In this document: piece after piece, positions 9,684 to 28,930 of the stretch | Layout: every line of letters starts with the position of its first letter | How positions within the stretch are numbered: the first letter of the stretch is position 1 | Source: Lingula anatina | Lineage: Eukaryota > Animalia > Brachiopoda | Reading direction: 5' to 3' | DNA length: 64,000 bases | NCBI GenBank assembly: GCA_051362555.1 | Contig: CM120647.1 | Coordinates: 18,638,651-18,702,650 of the forward strand | Notes under the pieces: model-generated | The model's database searches: none | What the model saw: the letters and a program-made list of their open reading frames with translations, nothing else | Told to the model about the DNA's origin: nothing | Translations under genes and position numbers: made by a program

Positions 9684-12600
9684 GCTCTCTCTCACACACA
9701 CACACACACATCCGCAATCTTCCCAATCACCATTTTAAATGTTGTATCAGAAAAAAAGCTGGGTTAAATATCTTTGAAAATATCACTAACAGTTAGTCAC
9801 TAAAATTCAATTACAAAAGTGAAAATTAAAGTATTTTATAAATAAAATGGACTTAATCCAATATATGTGAAAGGTGGACAGTCTAACATGTTTATGTTCT
9901 TATGTATTCCACAGTATCCTTAAAGTTTGCAGGTTAAACATCTGTGCTATATATTCATCCACTATAATAACATTATTTAATATCTAGTCAATCTAAATGA
10001 GAAATTACCGTAAACACGACATATCTAGCTACAACATACATAAACCACATACCTGCGGCTCTGAAAAGTAGGTGACTGTTCGTATCGGCCTCCACGACCA
10101 GTGCTACCGGCACTTCCTGCACTGCGTTGACGTTGCACGCGAGCAGTCTCCCCGTAAGCTTGCGCTTCGGCATAATCTTTGGCACTTCTTCCTGTTCTGA
10201 GGGTGACTCCCTCATTAGTAAGACCCTAGGGACAGTTACAGATAAAAATTTATTAAATGAAAATATAAAAATTATATAAGTTTCAGAAATCTTTTTCCCT
10301 TGACAGTTACAAAAAAAATAAAAATAAAATAAAAAAAAAAAAAACATTATTTAACATGTTGCAAATATAAATTTATGGAATAATGAATTTGGTCTAAATG
10401 TGGCATTAAAATTTATTTGGGCACATAGATAAAAACTGATCATACTCAACAGAAAATGTCTTTAAAGATCTCATTTAAACCTGATGTGAACTGACTTCAA
10501 CACTGGCTGGACCTAATGTTAAATATGTCTTCGCAGGCTTTAAGTTAGACCTTATGTGAACAGATAAACAGATAAACACTGGCCTTACCTTGTTCTGTGT
10601 GTCTTTGGTCTTGCCCCTGTTTAACTGTTGTCTTAGTCTAGCCTCAGCAGCATCAGGGTCGTAAGTTGAGCGAGACCCTGAAACAAAAGGTCAAAGGTCA
10701 CATTAGCATGTCACATGGTCCACACAGGAGGCAGGTGGTCAATTCCTATATTATTTTAGTTTTTATTCATTTCTTTTTTTCATTTTGGTTAAAAGAAAAG
10801 GAAAAGAAGGCCAAATTAAGTGTTTGAAAAAACTTAGCAAACATTTTATCATTTCCTGAAATGTGGTTTAAAATTCAAAGAAGTCAAAGCTGTGACATCA
10901 TGCATGTAGCTAACAGTCAAAAGTAATTCACTGGTGACAGACTTTGGTGATGTCAACTGGTGCACTTCCTAACTAAGTCTAAGTAAGTCTTGGTGTGAAC
11001 TGGTCTAAGTGTTCACCTACCTGTTGTAGTTCTACCAGTGGAAGGTGGGTGAGGAGCTGCTGGAGGAAGGAAGAAGAAAGTGCAAAAATAAACAAGAGAA
11101 AAAGAACCAAAACGATGCTAATAAGATCTATCATGGTAATTACTCGCACAAAATCCCCCTTTTTTGGATGTATTTTTTCTCTTCCAGAAAGTATTGGGTC
11201 ATTATTCCAAAATTCCAGCATCTCACTTTTTCAAATGTCTTTAATTGACATGATCATAAGTTTAAACTTTTTGCTTTCTACACGAAAATGAAGCTTTATA
11301 CCTCACACACATAGTTTCACTTTTGTGTTGAAAGTGAAAAATTTTAACTCATGATCATTATCAATAGAATACACCAATGAATTACCATCAGAGTTTTCAA
11401 GCTTCTTTAAAAATATTTCCACTGAAGTATTTCACAATAATGAAATATCTTTTAAGAGCCCAAATCTTGTTTTTTAATCATTCATAAATCATTCTGTTCC
11501 TGTATAATCGACATAATCTTTTTTCCATTTAAAAAGGAAAGGGAGGCAATAATCCATCAATTTTGATTAAATTTGTTGAGTAATTACTGAAATGAATTAA
11601 ACAAAACATAATAAGAGTGTAAACTATAGCTTTGTGAACCTTTGAAACAAAAAGCAGTGACATTACTTACAAAATAAAAATACTAAGATCTAAAGCACAA
11701 AGAAATGATATCTCTACTGCAAGGAGAGTTTCTAGTGAAGTTGGAGGATCCAACTCATATTGTTATATATCTGTAACAAATCTGTAACATATCTGTGATG
11801 TATCTGCTAAAGTTACATATCTGTAACAAATCTGTAACAAATCTGCAACAAATCTGTAACATATCTGTAACAAATCTGCAACAAATCTGTAACATATCTA
11901 TTACAGTAACACATCTGTAACCTATCTGTAACGTACCAGCAGATCGTGTGGCTGTAGGCCGGCTGGCGGGGGGTTTCCCAGCAGGACTTGCGTACGCGGT
12001 GCCTTCTCTGTCAGGAGGGGTTATCATGCTGCGTGTGGTGGGGGCTACTGCACCCGACTTCTGTTTTGGCTTGGGCACTTTGTACTGAAATGATGAATGA
12101 TTCTTGCTTTACAATTTCATTTCTATAACATGTCATTTTTTTATTCCTTTTATGACCAGACAATGCCCATCTACTTTGAGCAGGGCATTTTGTACTGAAA
12201 TAATGAAAAATTCTTATATGAAAAACATTACATATTGGAATTATGTACTTTATTTAATAAGGCACATTAAAACTGTTTTGGCATGGCCTTTTATACTAAA
12301 ATTATGTAAAATTATTAGATCAGATACATCATTTAATTTATCATCTACATAATATTTTCTTCTTTTTTCATTAGACAGCATTGTATGATCTTTGCTGATG
12401 AAGCTTTAGAGATGACAATGGACTGATTAAAAAAATCCAGAAGTGCATGCGACTAATTACAGCATCCACAACACAAAAAATATGTACATTTCTGGATAAA
12501 TCCAGAACCCCTTTATTTCATTTGAGATTTTTAAGGAAAAAATAAAAAATAAGTGAATGAATCTATTTCAAGTACCTGTGTCCGCGTGAGCACCTTTGCC

Positions 12601-13151
12601 CTGGCTTCTGCGACTCCAGGTTTTTTAGTGTTTCCAATGCGCTCGTGTTGTTCCTTGCAGAAAGGCATGTGTCTCTCCGCCGCGCTTTCATTGAACCTGC
12701 GGCTGCAGTGTGGGCATTGCACATAGTCTGAAGGAAAATAAAAATATCAATTTGATGAAAAATGCAATATGTTCTGAAAATATCTTTCACATACTTTATA
12801 AAATATCTTTTTCTTCTCTTTAATGATTATTGTCAAACTTTTATAATTGCAACTTTGAGTGCATAATACAGCTGATTAAATTCTTTGCTGAAAAAACATA
12901 ACTGGTGAGAGACACATTCACATTCATGAGCATGTACACATAGGCATACACACAATGTTTTCATTTTGAAAGTTATCAAATACCTGGACGTCTTTGTATA
13001 CACACATTCATAGACACCAGCATGCAACCATATATGCATGGACATAATATTAATACACACATGCACACACATGTTCATATATACCAGCATGCACTCATCC
13101 ACACAAGCACACATACACACACATGCATAAATACACACACACACACACAAT

Positions 13152-13199
<48 letters not shown>

Positions 13200-13270
13200 C
13201 ACACAAGCGCACACAGTTGTACACAAGCTCATACACAGCCACACAAGCACACACACAAACACAGACAGTC

Positions 13271-13308
<38 letters not shown>

Positions 13309-13330
13309 CCAACACACACACACACAGTCC

Positions 13331-13364
<34 letters not shown>

Positions 13365-13574
13365 CCAACACACACACACACACACACACACACAGTCCAA
13401 CACACACACACACACACACACACACAGTCCAACACACACACACACACACACACACACAGTCCAACACACACACACACACACACACACACAGTCCAACACA
13501 CATACACACACACACACACAGTCCAACACACACACACACACACACACAGTCACACACATAGTCACACACACAGC

Positions 13575-13613
<39 letters not shown>

Positions 13614-16600
13614 CTGGGTTAATAGAGGGTGCTGGTGGAGGAGGAAGTGGAGCACCAGTCTCTAAGGCCCTTTGTACCCCCCTCGCATTCCTGATGTTTT
13701 TGACAAACTCCTGGTGCTGTGCTCGCCAATTGCTCTTTTTAGGTCCACCCTGAAATAAAAATGGTATTATTTTAATTAACTAGGAAACAGAAAATTTTGT
13801 TTTTGTTATTATTATTTTTTTCCTATTCAAAAAATGGTAATTTCAAAAAATAAAACTTTGGAAAAAAGTAATGAAGAGTTTTTCAAGTTTAGCCCTGTAA
13901 CTAAATATATTAAATGGATTAACATTATTCTACATGTGTACATGAGTAAAATAATACATATTTCTGTTATTATAATGTCACTTACATTGTAAGTTTAAAA
14001 ACAGATTAAAAAATATCTGTATTATCTGTATTATCACAACTTATTGTGTAATATTCTTCATAAGCTTATAGAAAATATGGTAAGGACTCAATGTTTTCAA
14101 TGGGGAAAATTGAGATTTTTTTTAGTTTCTGTATATTTTTAATTCATAAGTTCTTAAAATAGGAACCTTTTAAACAATACTTGTACTGAAATGAATAAAT
14201 AAATGTGAGTGGAAAATAGAGTGAAACATATTCATAATTGTAAAAATTGACTTGCCATATTTTTTCCTGACTTGGAAGCTGGAGACTGTAATATACAAAG
14301 GTGCATGTTCTATATCAAACTCATCACCTTTAACTCAAATTTGTAATCATGGTGAGAGGTAAAAAGCATGCAATAGTAGATAAAATTAAGTGTTGTGTTA
14401 AGTAAATAATAAAAAATTAAGTATGAGAATAGCATACAAAAAGCATGCAGCTAAACCTATTAAAACTACAAGCATAAGTTAGCTCTCTATCAATGTGAAT
14501 ACAAAGCAAAGTACACAAATTAAGCAAAGGACTTTAAAAACTCAAGGAGTTAAAAAAAGTAAAGAAACATAAATCAAAAGAGAAGAGCTTAGATTAAGCA
14601 AGCAGCCTAGTTTCTGAGTACTAGTACTAACGTTATAGCCACGTGCATTATTGAAGCGTTGCTGTTGACGCGTCGCAGGCACAACTGGTGGGCAGGGCTC
14701 CAGTGGTTGAGGGGACAGACCCTCTCTTGTTGCACGGTCTGCCCGCACTGCCCCCTGTAGGCCAAGGAGAATGACTTCCAGTTCGTCACCCTGTAAGACC
14801 ACTAAAGGTTGGTCTTTGTCCCCTGATATCTGGTACATGAGGACACCATGGTTCACCAGATATCTCAGGCTGTTCACAGTGACTGTGTGTCTTTGCTGCC
14901 TTCTAGTGTCCTCTTCTTCATCTTGACTTGCTTGACTCTGTCCACTGTCAATAGGTGGCAGTTTTGTAGCTGTGCTGCTGCTGCTGCCCTGTTCATCGTG
15001 GCTTGAATGATTTTGTTCACTATCAATAGGGGGCAGTCTCACATGGTTCTGTTCACCATCGATAGGGGGCAGTCTTGCCTGATTCTGTTCACCATCAATA
15101 GGGGGCAGCACTGCCTGGTTCTGTTCACCATCAATAGGGGGCAGTGTTGTAACTGAGCCGCTGCTGTTGTTCTGAGCTAAAGTAGCCTCATGCAGTTTTT
15201 GCTGTTCTCTTTCCTCCCAAAGTTTGAACCTGTCAGCCATGTCCTCATACTCCCCTGTCAACAGATCATGCATGTTCTGCATTTTTTTCATCATATTGGA
15301 AGCATTGTTGAATTCATCCCTCAGGATGTCAGTACTGCTATGTTCTTCTCCTCCCTCTGCTCCGCCTACTGTCCCACCTACTGCTCCTCCCTCTGTTCCG
15401 CCTTCTGCTCTGCCTACTGCTCCTCTCACTGCTCCACCTTCTCCTCCAAGAACATCAGCTTCAGCCCCAGAGCCTTGGCCATTTTCTTCAACTCTAACTG
15501 GAACTCCCATGCTGATGGCCAAGTTGTTATACTTTGCCACCAACTGTTTGAATTCATCTGCCATGTTCCTAAATTCAGATTCTCTCTGGACTGATGCCTG
15601 AGAATCGTGTCCTGCTCCCATCTGGGAGGATGCATGATATCCGGAAGAGCCAGGCTGAGGATCGTGTCCCGCTCCCATCTGGGAGGATGCCTGATATCCG
15701 GAAGGGGCTGACTGGGGATTATTTGTAGTATTCCGCACCACTTCAGTGGCTCTACTTCTGTAAGCAGGTGCTTTTGGAAGCTTGGCTGTTAGCTTTTCTT
15801 TTTGCTTCTCCTTCTTTATCCTATCCTCCTCAAGGAGATCCTTTGTGCGAGGCACAGAAGGTACATTGCGCCTTATGCGCTAAAAGAAGGAGAGAAAGGA
15901 AAAAGAAAGGATAGAGAGAAAGAAAGAAAGAAAAAGAAGCGAATTTAATGGGAAATCAGTACAAGATGAAAGAAAAAGTTAAGTAATATAAGTGTCTGAA
16001 CAGAAATTATACAAAGAATTTAAGGATGAAAATTAAAACAAACAAAGGAAAATTATACAAAAGCAAAATGAAAGCTTAGAATTTATGAAGCTGTTATAAG
16101 AATAAGGCTTGAAAATAAGTGGTTAAACAGACTAATTTAAAGCAGGCAGGGCACATGTAAAACAATATCAATCTAGTATTTAAAGCTTTTAAAAGCATAC
16201 ATGTGTAGAGTACAACCCAATAGTTTGCAGGTGTTCTTTCCATGATCCAAAAGAGCTGCATTTTCTCATGTAGCCATTCAGAAAAACAACATGACCATGA
16301 CTGTCTCCAATTCTCATGTCTTATAGCTTAATTACTTGCCAAGAATGACCCTCCTTCTCCACAATTAAGACCAAATATCTTAGCTATCCCTCTTCTGTAA
16401 AATGACTATCTCTCCAGTCCTGGGTAAAATGACTATTCCTTCTCCAGAAAAGACCGAGCAGTCTGACATATTTCTACACTTGCCTATTCACCAACTCTGT
16501 ATCAAATCCCTATATTAAGGAAGGTGGGGTGAGGGAGTCTTCATCTCCAGAACTATCCTGTGAGTAGGAATTCTTCTATTTGGCAACACATTTACCAAGC

Positions 16601-17056
16601 ACTGATTCCCCACAGCCTATTGGCATTCAGCAAACTCTAAATATTTGTTTCATATAGGGGTGGAATGATGGATCATGTGGGATGGAAAAGGGGGGTGGTA
16701 AAGGGGGGTAGGGGTCATCTCCAAACTCACCTCATGAGAAGGCACTTCTCCAGGTTTGACAATTTTATCCATGGGTATGTCTGAGCCCGCGGCACGCTGT
16801 TTGCCAGATACGAACACTTTCCTGGTTTTGGAAGCATTTTTCGCACAAATCTTTTCATGGCGAGCCTGAAATTGAACCCTTGTCATTATCATTCTGTGAG
16901 AAGTTTTGATTATTATCATTGGTCATTCTAATAACATGACATTGTGAGTCACATTAGTGATTATCACATTTTGTGTGCTGTTTTATACTTACATACTATC
17001 TTAAGGAGAAAGAAATAGCCAGTGATTAAAAAATGAATAAAAAAGTTATGCAAATA

Positions 17057-17087
<31 letters not shown>

Positions 17088-17896
17088 ATGAATAATATTT
17101 TGCTGTTGCACATTCAAGTGCAGATATACTTCAAGATTCAGGTATGATAATGAGCTAACTCACCAAACTCTCTGGCATAAATGTTCGTCCACATATATTG
17201 CACGGTGAAAGTCCATCATTGGGACCTCCACCTCCACCACTATCTGCAATTATTACAATAAAAATAAGTTGGTTAAAAAAGTTCATCTGTCTCCCAGAGT
17301 ATACATTAAGTTATGTTCTGGAAAAACGAACCCAACTTAGGTGATTGTTAGGTGATTGTTTGCAAACATTACATTCCTTACTTATAATTTTGTGCCTTTT
17401 TTCAATATAAATAGATAGCAGATCAAAATAATGCCATTCACTTTAAAACTAGGACTGCTAGAAGCAAATCCAATAACTAAATTCATCTAATGATACTTTA
17501 TTTCCTTTAAAAAACGTAGGATATCAAAATTAAAAGGAGAAAAACGCAGATTTGATCAAGCTTTTTTGTGATCTTCGTTGTTATAACCACTGACATTAAG
17601 AAATTAACAGATGTCAATTAAATATTTTATTCAATTCAACGACAAATATACGAAACTCCACGTTGACAACTTCAAAACTCCTGTCAATAAAATATTTTGC
17701 GAAAAAATTCCAGAGTCAACTTCAATCTCTGATAATTTATTTTAAAAGCATCATCTCATAGAAAAAAATAATCAAAGTGTAGCTAATGCCAATTGGAACA
17801 ACATTTTCAATGAAAAACAACATGCTCTCGCTATTCATGCAAAGAAATGTAGATTTTTCTGAGCAAATTAGCATACATACCACTGTATTCCGCCAT
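8866..17896 (-). CDS. ZC2HC1A: Zinc finger C2HC domain-containing protein 1A (FAM164A) orthologue, ~401 aa core model
   Basis: Exons (minus): 17881-17896, 17164-17243, 16731-16865, 13614-13749, 12576-12727, 11937-12084, 11021-11056, 10589-10677, 10053-10225, 9453-9464, 8866-9094. All GT-AG and phase-consistent. Encodes C2HC fingers PCNICGRTF...ARHEKIC and [21 protein letters not shown], the [10 protein letters not shown]...PPPP linker and the C-terminal [22 protein letters not shown] typical of ZC2HC1A. Confidence 0.93.
9453..9464 (-). CDS. ZC2HC1A: Candidate 12-nt frame-preserving microexon of ZC2HC1A (adds STED)
   Basis: Minus strand ...TTCTTGCTTCTTTCATTCTTTCTGTTATATAG|CACTGAAGACAG|GTGAGT. 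Phase 2-2, compatible with both flanking exons. Confidence 0.65.
11765..11932. repeat. 10-bp tandem repeat (ATCTGTAACA-like) next to a ZC2HC1A donor
   Basis: Repeated ATCTGTAACA/ATCTGCAACA units directly visible. Confidence 0.85.
13100..13610. repeat. Compound (CA)n microsatellite with periodic GTCCAA interruptions
   Basis: Directly visible. Explains the HTHT/CVCV ORFs. Confidence 0.97.
14632..15879 (-). CDS. Candidate giant alternative exon (1248 nt, 416 aa, low complexity) in ZC2HC1A intron 3
   Basis: Uninterrupted ORF 14542-15879 with a long pyrimidine tract and AG at 15880-15881 (phase 0). In-frame donor AAC|GTTAGT at 14631 (phase 0). Flanking ZC2HC1A exons are phase 0. Confidence 0.7.
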
Positions 17897-18220
17897 TTTG
17901 TATTCATTGGTAACCCTCTCCGCACTTTAAACAATCAAAAAATATTTTACCGTTGTTATCTATTGCACTTAAATTATATGAAGACAATTTAACGATTCAT
18001 GGTGTAATAAAATGTTACTTTATTTTATTTTGGCAAATGTACAGAAATATTGCAGTTTAAACATATCCCACTCAAGTCCAACCAATGGAAGAAGTTCTGT
18101 AATTTACTGCGCAATTCTACTGGCACCTATACTTCCGGATTTAAAAGATTATTTGCTGCATAATGAAGAAACTGTGAAAAGGGGATATTTTTTCACATTT
18201 CAGACACCAAAGGTAAGATA
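17890..18220. promoter_or_regulatory. Probable bidirectional promoter for ZC2HC1A and MTMR9
   Basis: ZC2HC1A start codon at 17896 (minus) sits in a YY1-like AAAATGGCGG. CCAAT at ~18080 and ETS-like ACTTCCGG at 18131-18138. A plus-strand donor AAG|GTAAGA at 18213 could end a non-coding first exon of MTMR9. Inferred; TSSs are not visible. Confidence 0.45.
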
Positions 18221-19327
18221 ACGGGACTTAGAATACTAGGCATCATATCATTTTATACCTGGCTGCAATAATATCTCATTCAGCCCTTCACAGATATACG
18301 TAATCCATGGGCTGATTCAGGTGAAAAAGAAATGGACATTTTGATTTCGTCTGCTGCGAATTACTCAGCGTCAGAGAAAGAAGGGGTTGGATGCAAACGG
18401 CGCCGCTTAAACATTGTACATAAACTTTATTCTGTCGCTTTGTTAAAGACTGGAGGGAAATACGAGTCGAATTTACTTTAAGACCAACATTACCGGTCCC
18501 ATTGACAATTGTCAACACTCATATCTTGTTGAAATTTACAAAAAATATTAATAACAAAAATAAAATAATCATGAATGTATAAATTGACTAATGATAATGT
18601 AATAATTGTTAAATGTTTGTGGATTAAATTACGTTTGAAATACTAGTACAGGTCTGATAGACACTAGTTTAATGCTTACAAGTGAGTGAAAAAAAATTGC
18701 TTTGATATAATTGTGTGATTGAATTTATCAATTAATTTTTTATATCACAGCAGAATATTATTTTCCCAGTTTCCATTTGTATTTTTCTCTCAGTTTTACA
18801 GCCTAAACTTTTGTCTTATTGGAGACAAAATTGGTCAAATCTCTAAGACATTGATTGACTTCAATATGAAGTTGTTTAGAAAATAGAATCATAATTGTGA
18901 AATACACTGCTTGTATAATTATATGTGTACATTGCCATTGTCACCTTCTTAGGATGTCTTAACTATGTGTATTGATACATGTGAAATATACCATTCTTAC
19001 ATTTATTTTGTCAGTAGCTCATGCTACTGTTAATATACCTGTCCAAAAACATTTATTATTAAAGTTTTTATTATTTCAACTTTTTATAACTTGATCAGTA
19101 TTCATACATGTTACTGTTGTAGGACTGGTTTTTATGTGCATTTTTGTTATGTGGAGTCTGTGTATTCTGTAAGAAATGGAATTGCTGTATATTAACATTA
19201 CAGTAAAAATCAATACACTAAATGCCTCTTATCTTGACCCGCAATTGAGAAGTCAAACTAAGAAGAGGCACTTTAGTTTATTCCCACTGAGCTATGTTCA
19301 CATCATTTCAGACTAAGATCCCATTCA

Positions 19328-19565
19328 CATAAACACCATCGGTCTACCTAAATCGATCCATCTCTGCAAGGGCACTAAGTGCAATCAGCTTAACTGGATG
19401 ATATGCTTCGCCATGTTTCCATCATACTCATATAATAATCAGCTTTTGTGTATTCTACTCAAGGCAAGGGGGGGATGTATCATTTAGATAAGCTGATTGC
19501 CCATAGCAAGAGTCTCCACAGAGTTGGTTCGATCTATGTACAGTAGACCGTAGATGGTGTGTATG
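19328..19565. mobile_element. Degenerate MITE-like element
   Basis: Imperfect inverted ends CATAAACACCATCGGTCTAC / GTAGACCGTAGATGGTGTGTATG. A similar end fragment occurs at ~32455-32500. Confidence 0.5.
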
Positions 19566-21211
19566 GTCTTTTGACCTAGGGGTTGAACTCCCAAGACATT
19601 TAATCTCTTTCACATAATTATAGTACACTTGAAATAACATGTGAACCCAGTATATTCATACCTTGGCTTTCTTTGCCCAAATGTGCCCATGAAATATGGC
19701 ACAGATACTGAGCTTATACTCAGTACTTATTAATTACACTGCTATTTGGTAAGCCTGTGACGCACACGAAAATAGGCCAAAAAATGACAACAGAAATAAA
19801 CCATTATTTAATTTGGGTTTCTTAAGTTGTTTAGTGCTTAAGCATAATTGATGGCAAGATTCACTTTTACTTTTTTTTCCCTTTGTACCCAATTTAGCAG
19901 AATTCATGCTTTGATGCCACTAATCAATAGAAGTTGTAGGGCAATTTATAGACACCCAAGAACATGTGTGTAGCTTTGTACATGGTCTAGAGTGGATTAC
20001 TGTGTACAGTATATGGATCCATGAGATCAATAGCCAGTTGAGATGTCACTAGAATTACAGGGTGAATTTATCAGTTGGGTACTCATAGCATGAATAATGG
20101 GGTCTGGAGAATTTGCATCAGTGGCTGAGAGTATTTGATAGCATACTGTGTCTTTGTTGGCAATGATAGGCACTGGTAAAATGTAATTGACTCGTGGATC
20201 TGATTTTGCATCAGGCTTTTTTTAAAAGTAATTTGTCTGGCTAGAATAATGATAATCAGAATTGTTGTTTAAGATTCATTATCTGTAGGTTTCATCTTCA
20301 GACCAGTAACTCTTGATTAGCTTTGAGATAATCAATTTACTGTACAGGGATGTAGAGAAAGAGTAATCAAAAGAGTGGCACTATATTTATTATTTAAATT
20401 AGAATGGTTTTGTTGCACTATCACCAAAAAGCATCAGAAATCCTCTAATTATTTTTGTAGGTAGAGTAAATCATACTTGTTTTATCTTATCTAGATGTAT
20501 TCTAAATATTTCAAAATGGAATGAAAAATAAATGTAGGAATGTTTTGCTTAAAAACTGGTTGGAGAAAGCGTCACAGACAACCTTATATCCCTATGTGTT
20601 TTACATTATAAAATCCCCCTGATAATGGATTTTTGTCTAGGTTCCACACATCCAAGGTCAGAAATATGGAAATGTGTTTTTTATTGATTACCCTAGGTTT
20701 TCCATAATTACAAACTGAGTTGCAACTTGCATGCTTTGAACATTTGATATTATCATAGAATTGCTTGACTGAGCCTTTTCGATTTTTGTATACAGTAATT
20801 ACTCTCTAGGAATTGGGTCGAGTTTCTTGTAGTCTTTGAAACTGATATTGCTAGATTAGATTTTGTTCATGTTATGTTACTTTATTGTAATCAAACATAA
20901 ACAGATATGCAATTAACACAAATGGAAATAATTTTTAAAAATAAAGTACTTAGAAATCTAGTTATCCAAGAGAAATGGTCTGTAACAGATTGCTGCCTCT
21001 CAAAGATTTCATCAAAGATTATATATTTGTGCATACTTTGTATACATGTACATTTATACTGAAGTGATTTTCAATTCCAGCATTATTCATGTCTTCACCA
21101 TCAAGCTTCTAAGTTGCCACTGGATGAATTTTTGCTTTTCAACTTGGAAGTAAGCCATTTCTCTATGGATTTTTATTCTATTTCAATTCCAGAGTTATTC
21201 ATCTGTCCAGG

Positions 21212-27939
<6,728 letters not shown>

Positions 27940-28654
27940 TTTAATGGGGACAGTCTGAAAGTATGAAAGAACTAATTTAATCAGGAAAATAGATTATTTA
28001 ATTTAATTTATATCACTGGCAGTTCTAGAAAATCTAGAAGTTTGAGGAAGCGCTATTTATATGTATTCTTATTTATTTATTTATTCATTTATTTATTTAT
28101 TTATTTATTTATTTGTCTCCAACCACCATTATTACAAGGAAAAAATTTGTATAGATGGTACAAGTTTGGGTTGTCACACTCCTGAGTGTAAAAACCATGC
28201 TTCTGCCAGCACCAATACTATCACAGTAATTAGTCAATATATTCAAACAGCATTATTTAATAATCTCCCTCCCCCACCAAAAAAAAAAAAAAGTTTTTCT
28301 AAGAAGTACTTAAAAATTCCAAATCAGAATATTTGAAAAATAGGTTGATTTTGTGTCAGGCAGACTACATTTTTGTGAGTGTCTGAAAATGATAAATCTT
28401 GAAAGTAAAATATTAGTAAAAATGCATTTTTTATTTTTATTTTATTTTTATTATAAAAAAGGGGGTGATGGATGATGTCACCCCTTTTACCAATTTGACA
28501 CAAGTAGCATTAAACAGTTAATAAGAAACAGATAAGGATTTGTAAAGACTTTGTACATGAAGGTCGGTTATTTTATGCAACTTAGTTGTCATACTAATAA
28601 AAAAAATGTATTATCAAACTGTATGTGATGTGACATTAAAAAAAAAAACAATAC

Positions 28655-28930
28655 TGTCATAAAGGTTCGACACAGTTCGGTGGTAAAGTAGAAGATTTTC
28701 TTGGCCCGTAATATAGTAGTATTATATGTTTTTCACTCAAATTGCTAAAATATCTGCGGAAATAAGATGCAATTTTGTACATAATGTAACATGATAATAA
28801 ATTAGTTCTGTCATGAAGGTACAACACAGTCTGATGTGATGGTAAAGTAGAAGACGGTTTCTTGGCACACTGTATAGTAGTATTAATTGTTTTTCACTCA
28901 AATTGCCAAAATATCTCCTCAAATAAGATG
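28655..28930. repeat. Diverged ~155-bp tandem duplication downstream of the MTMR9 stop
   Basis: TGGTAAAGTAGAAGA...TTTTTCACTCAAATTGC...AAATAAGATG occurs at ~28681-28769 and ~28840-28930. Confidence 0.75.

Noticed and set aside
9988-10347. ORF-track translation [11 protein letters not shown]... as the ZC2HC1A exon product
   Set aside because: Splice phases require the other frame ([18 protein letters not shown]...).
12833-13665. CVCV/HTHT ORFs (also 21173-21916, 45694-45909, 46451-46687)
   Set aside because: Translations of dinucleotide microsatellites.
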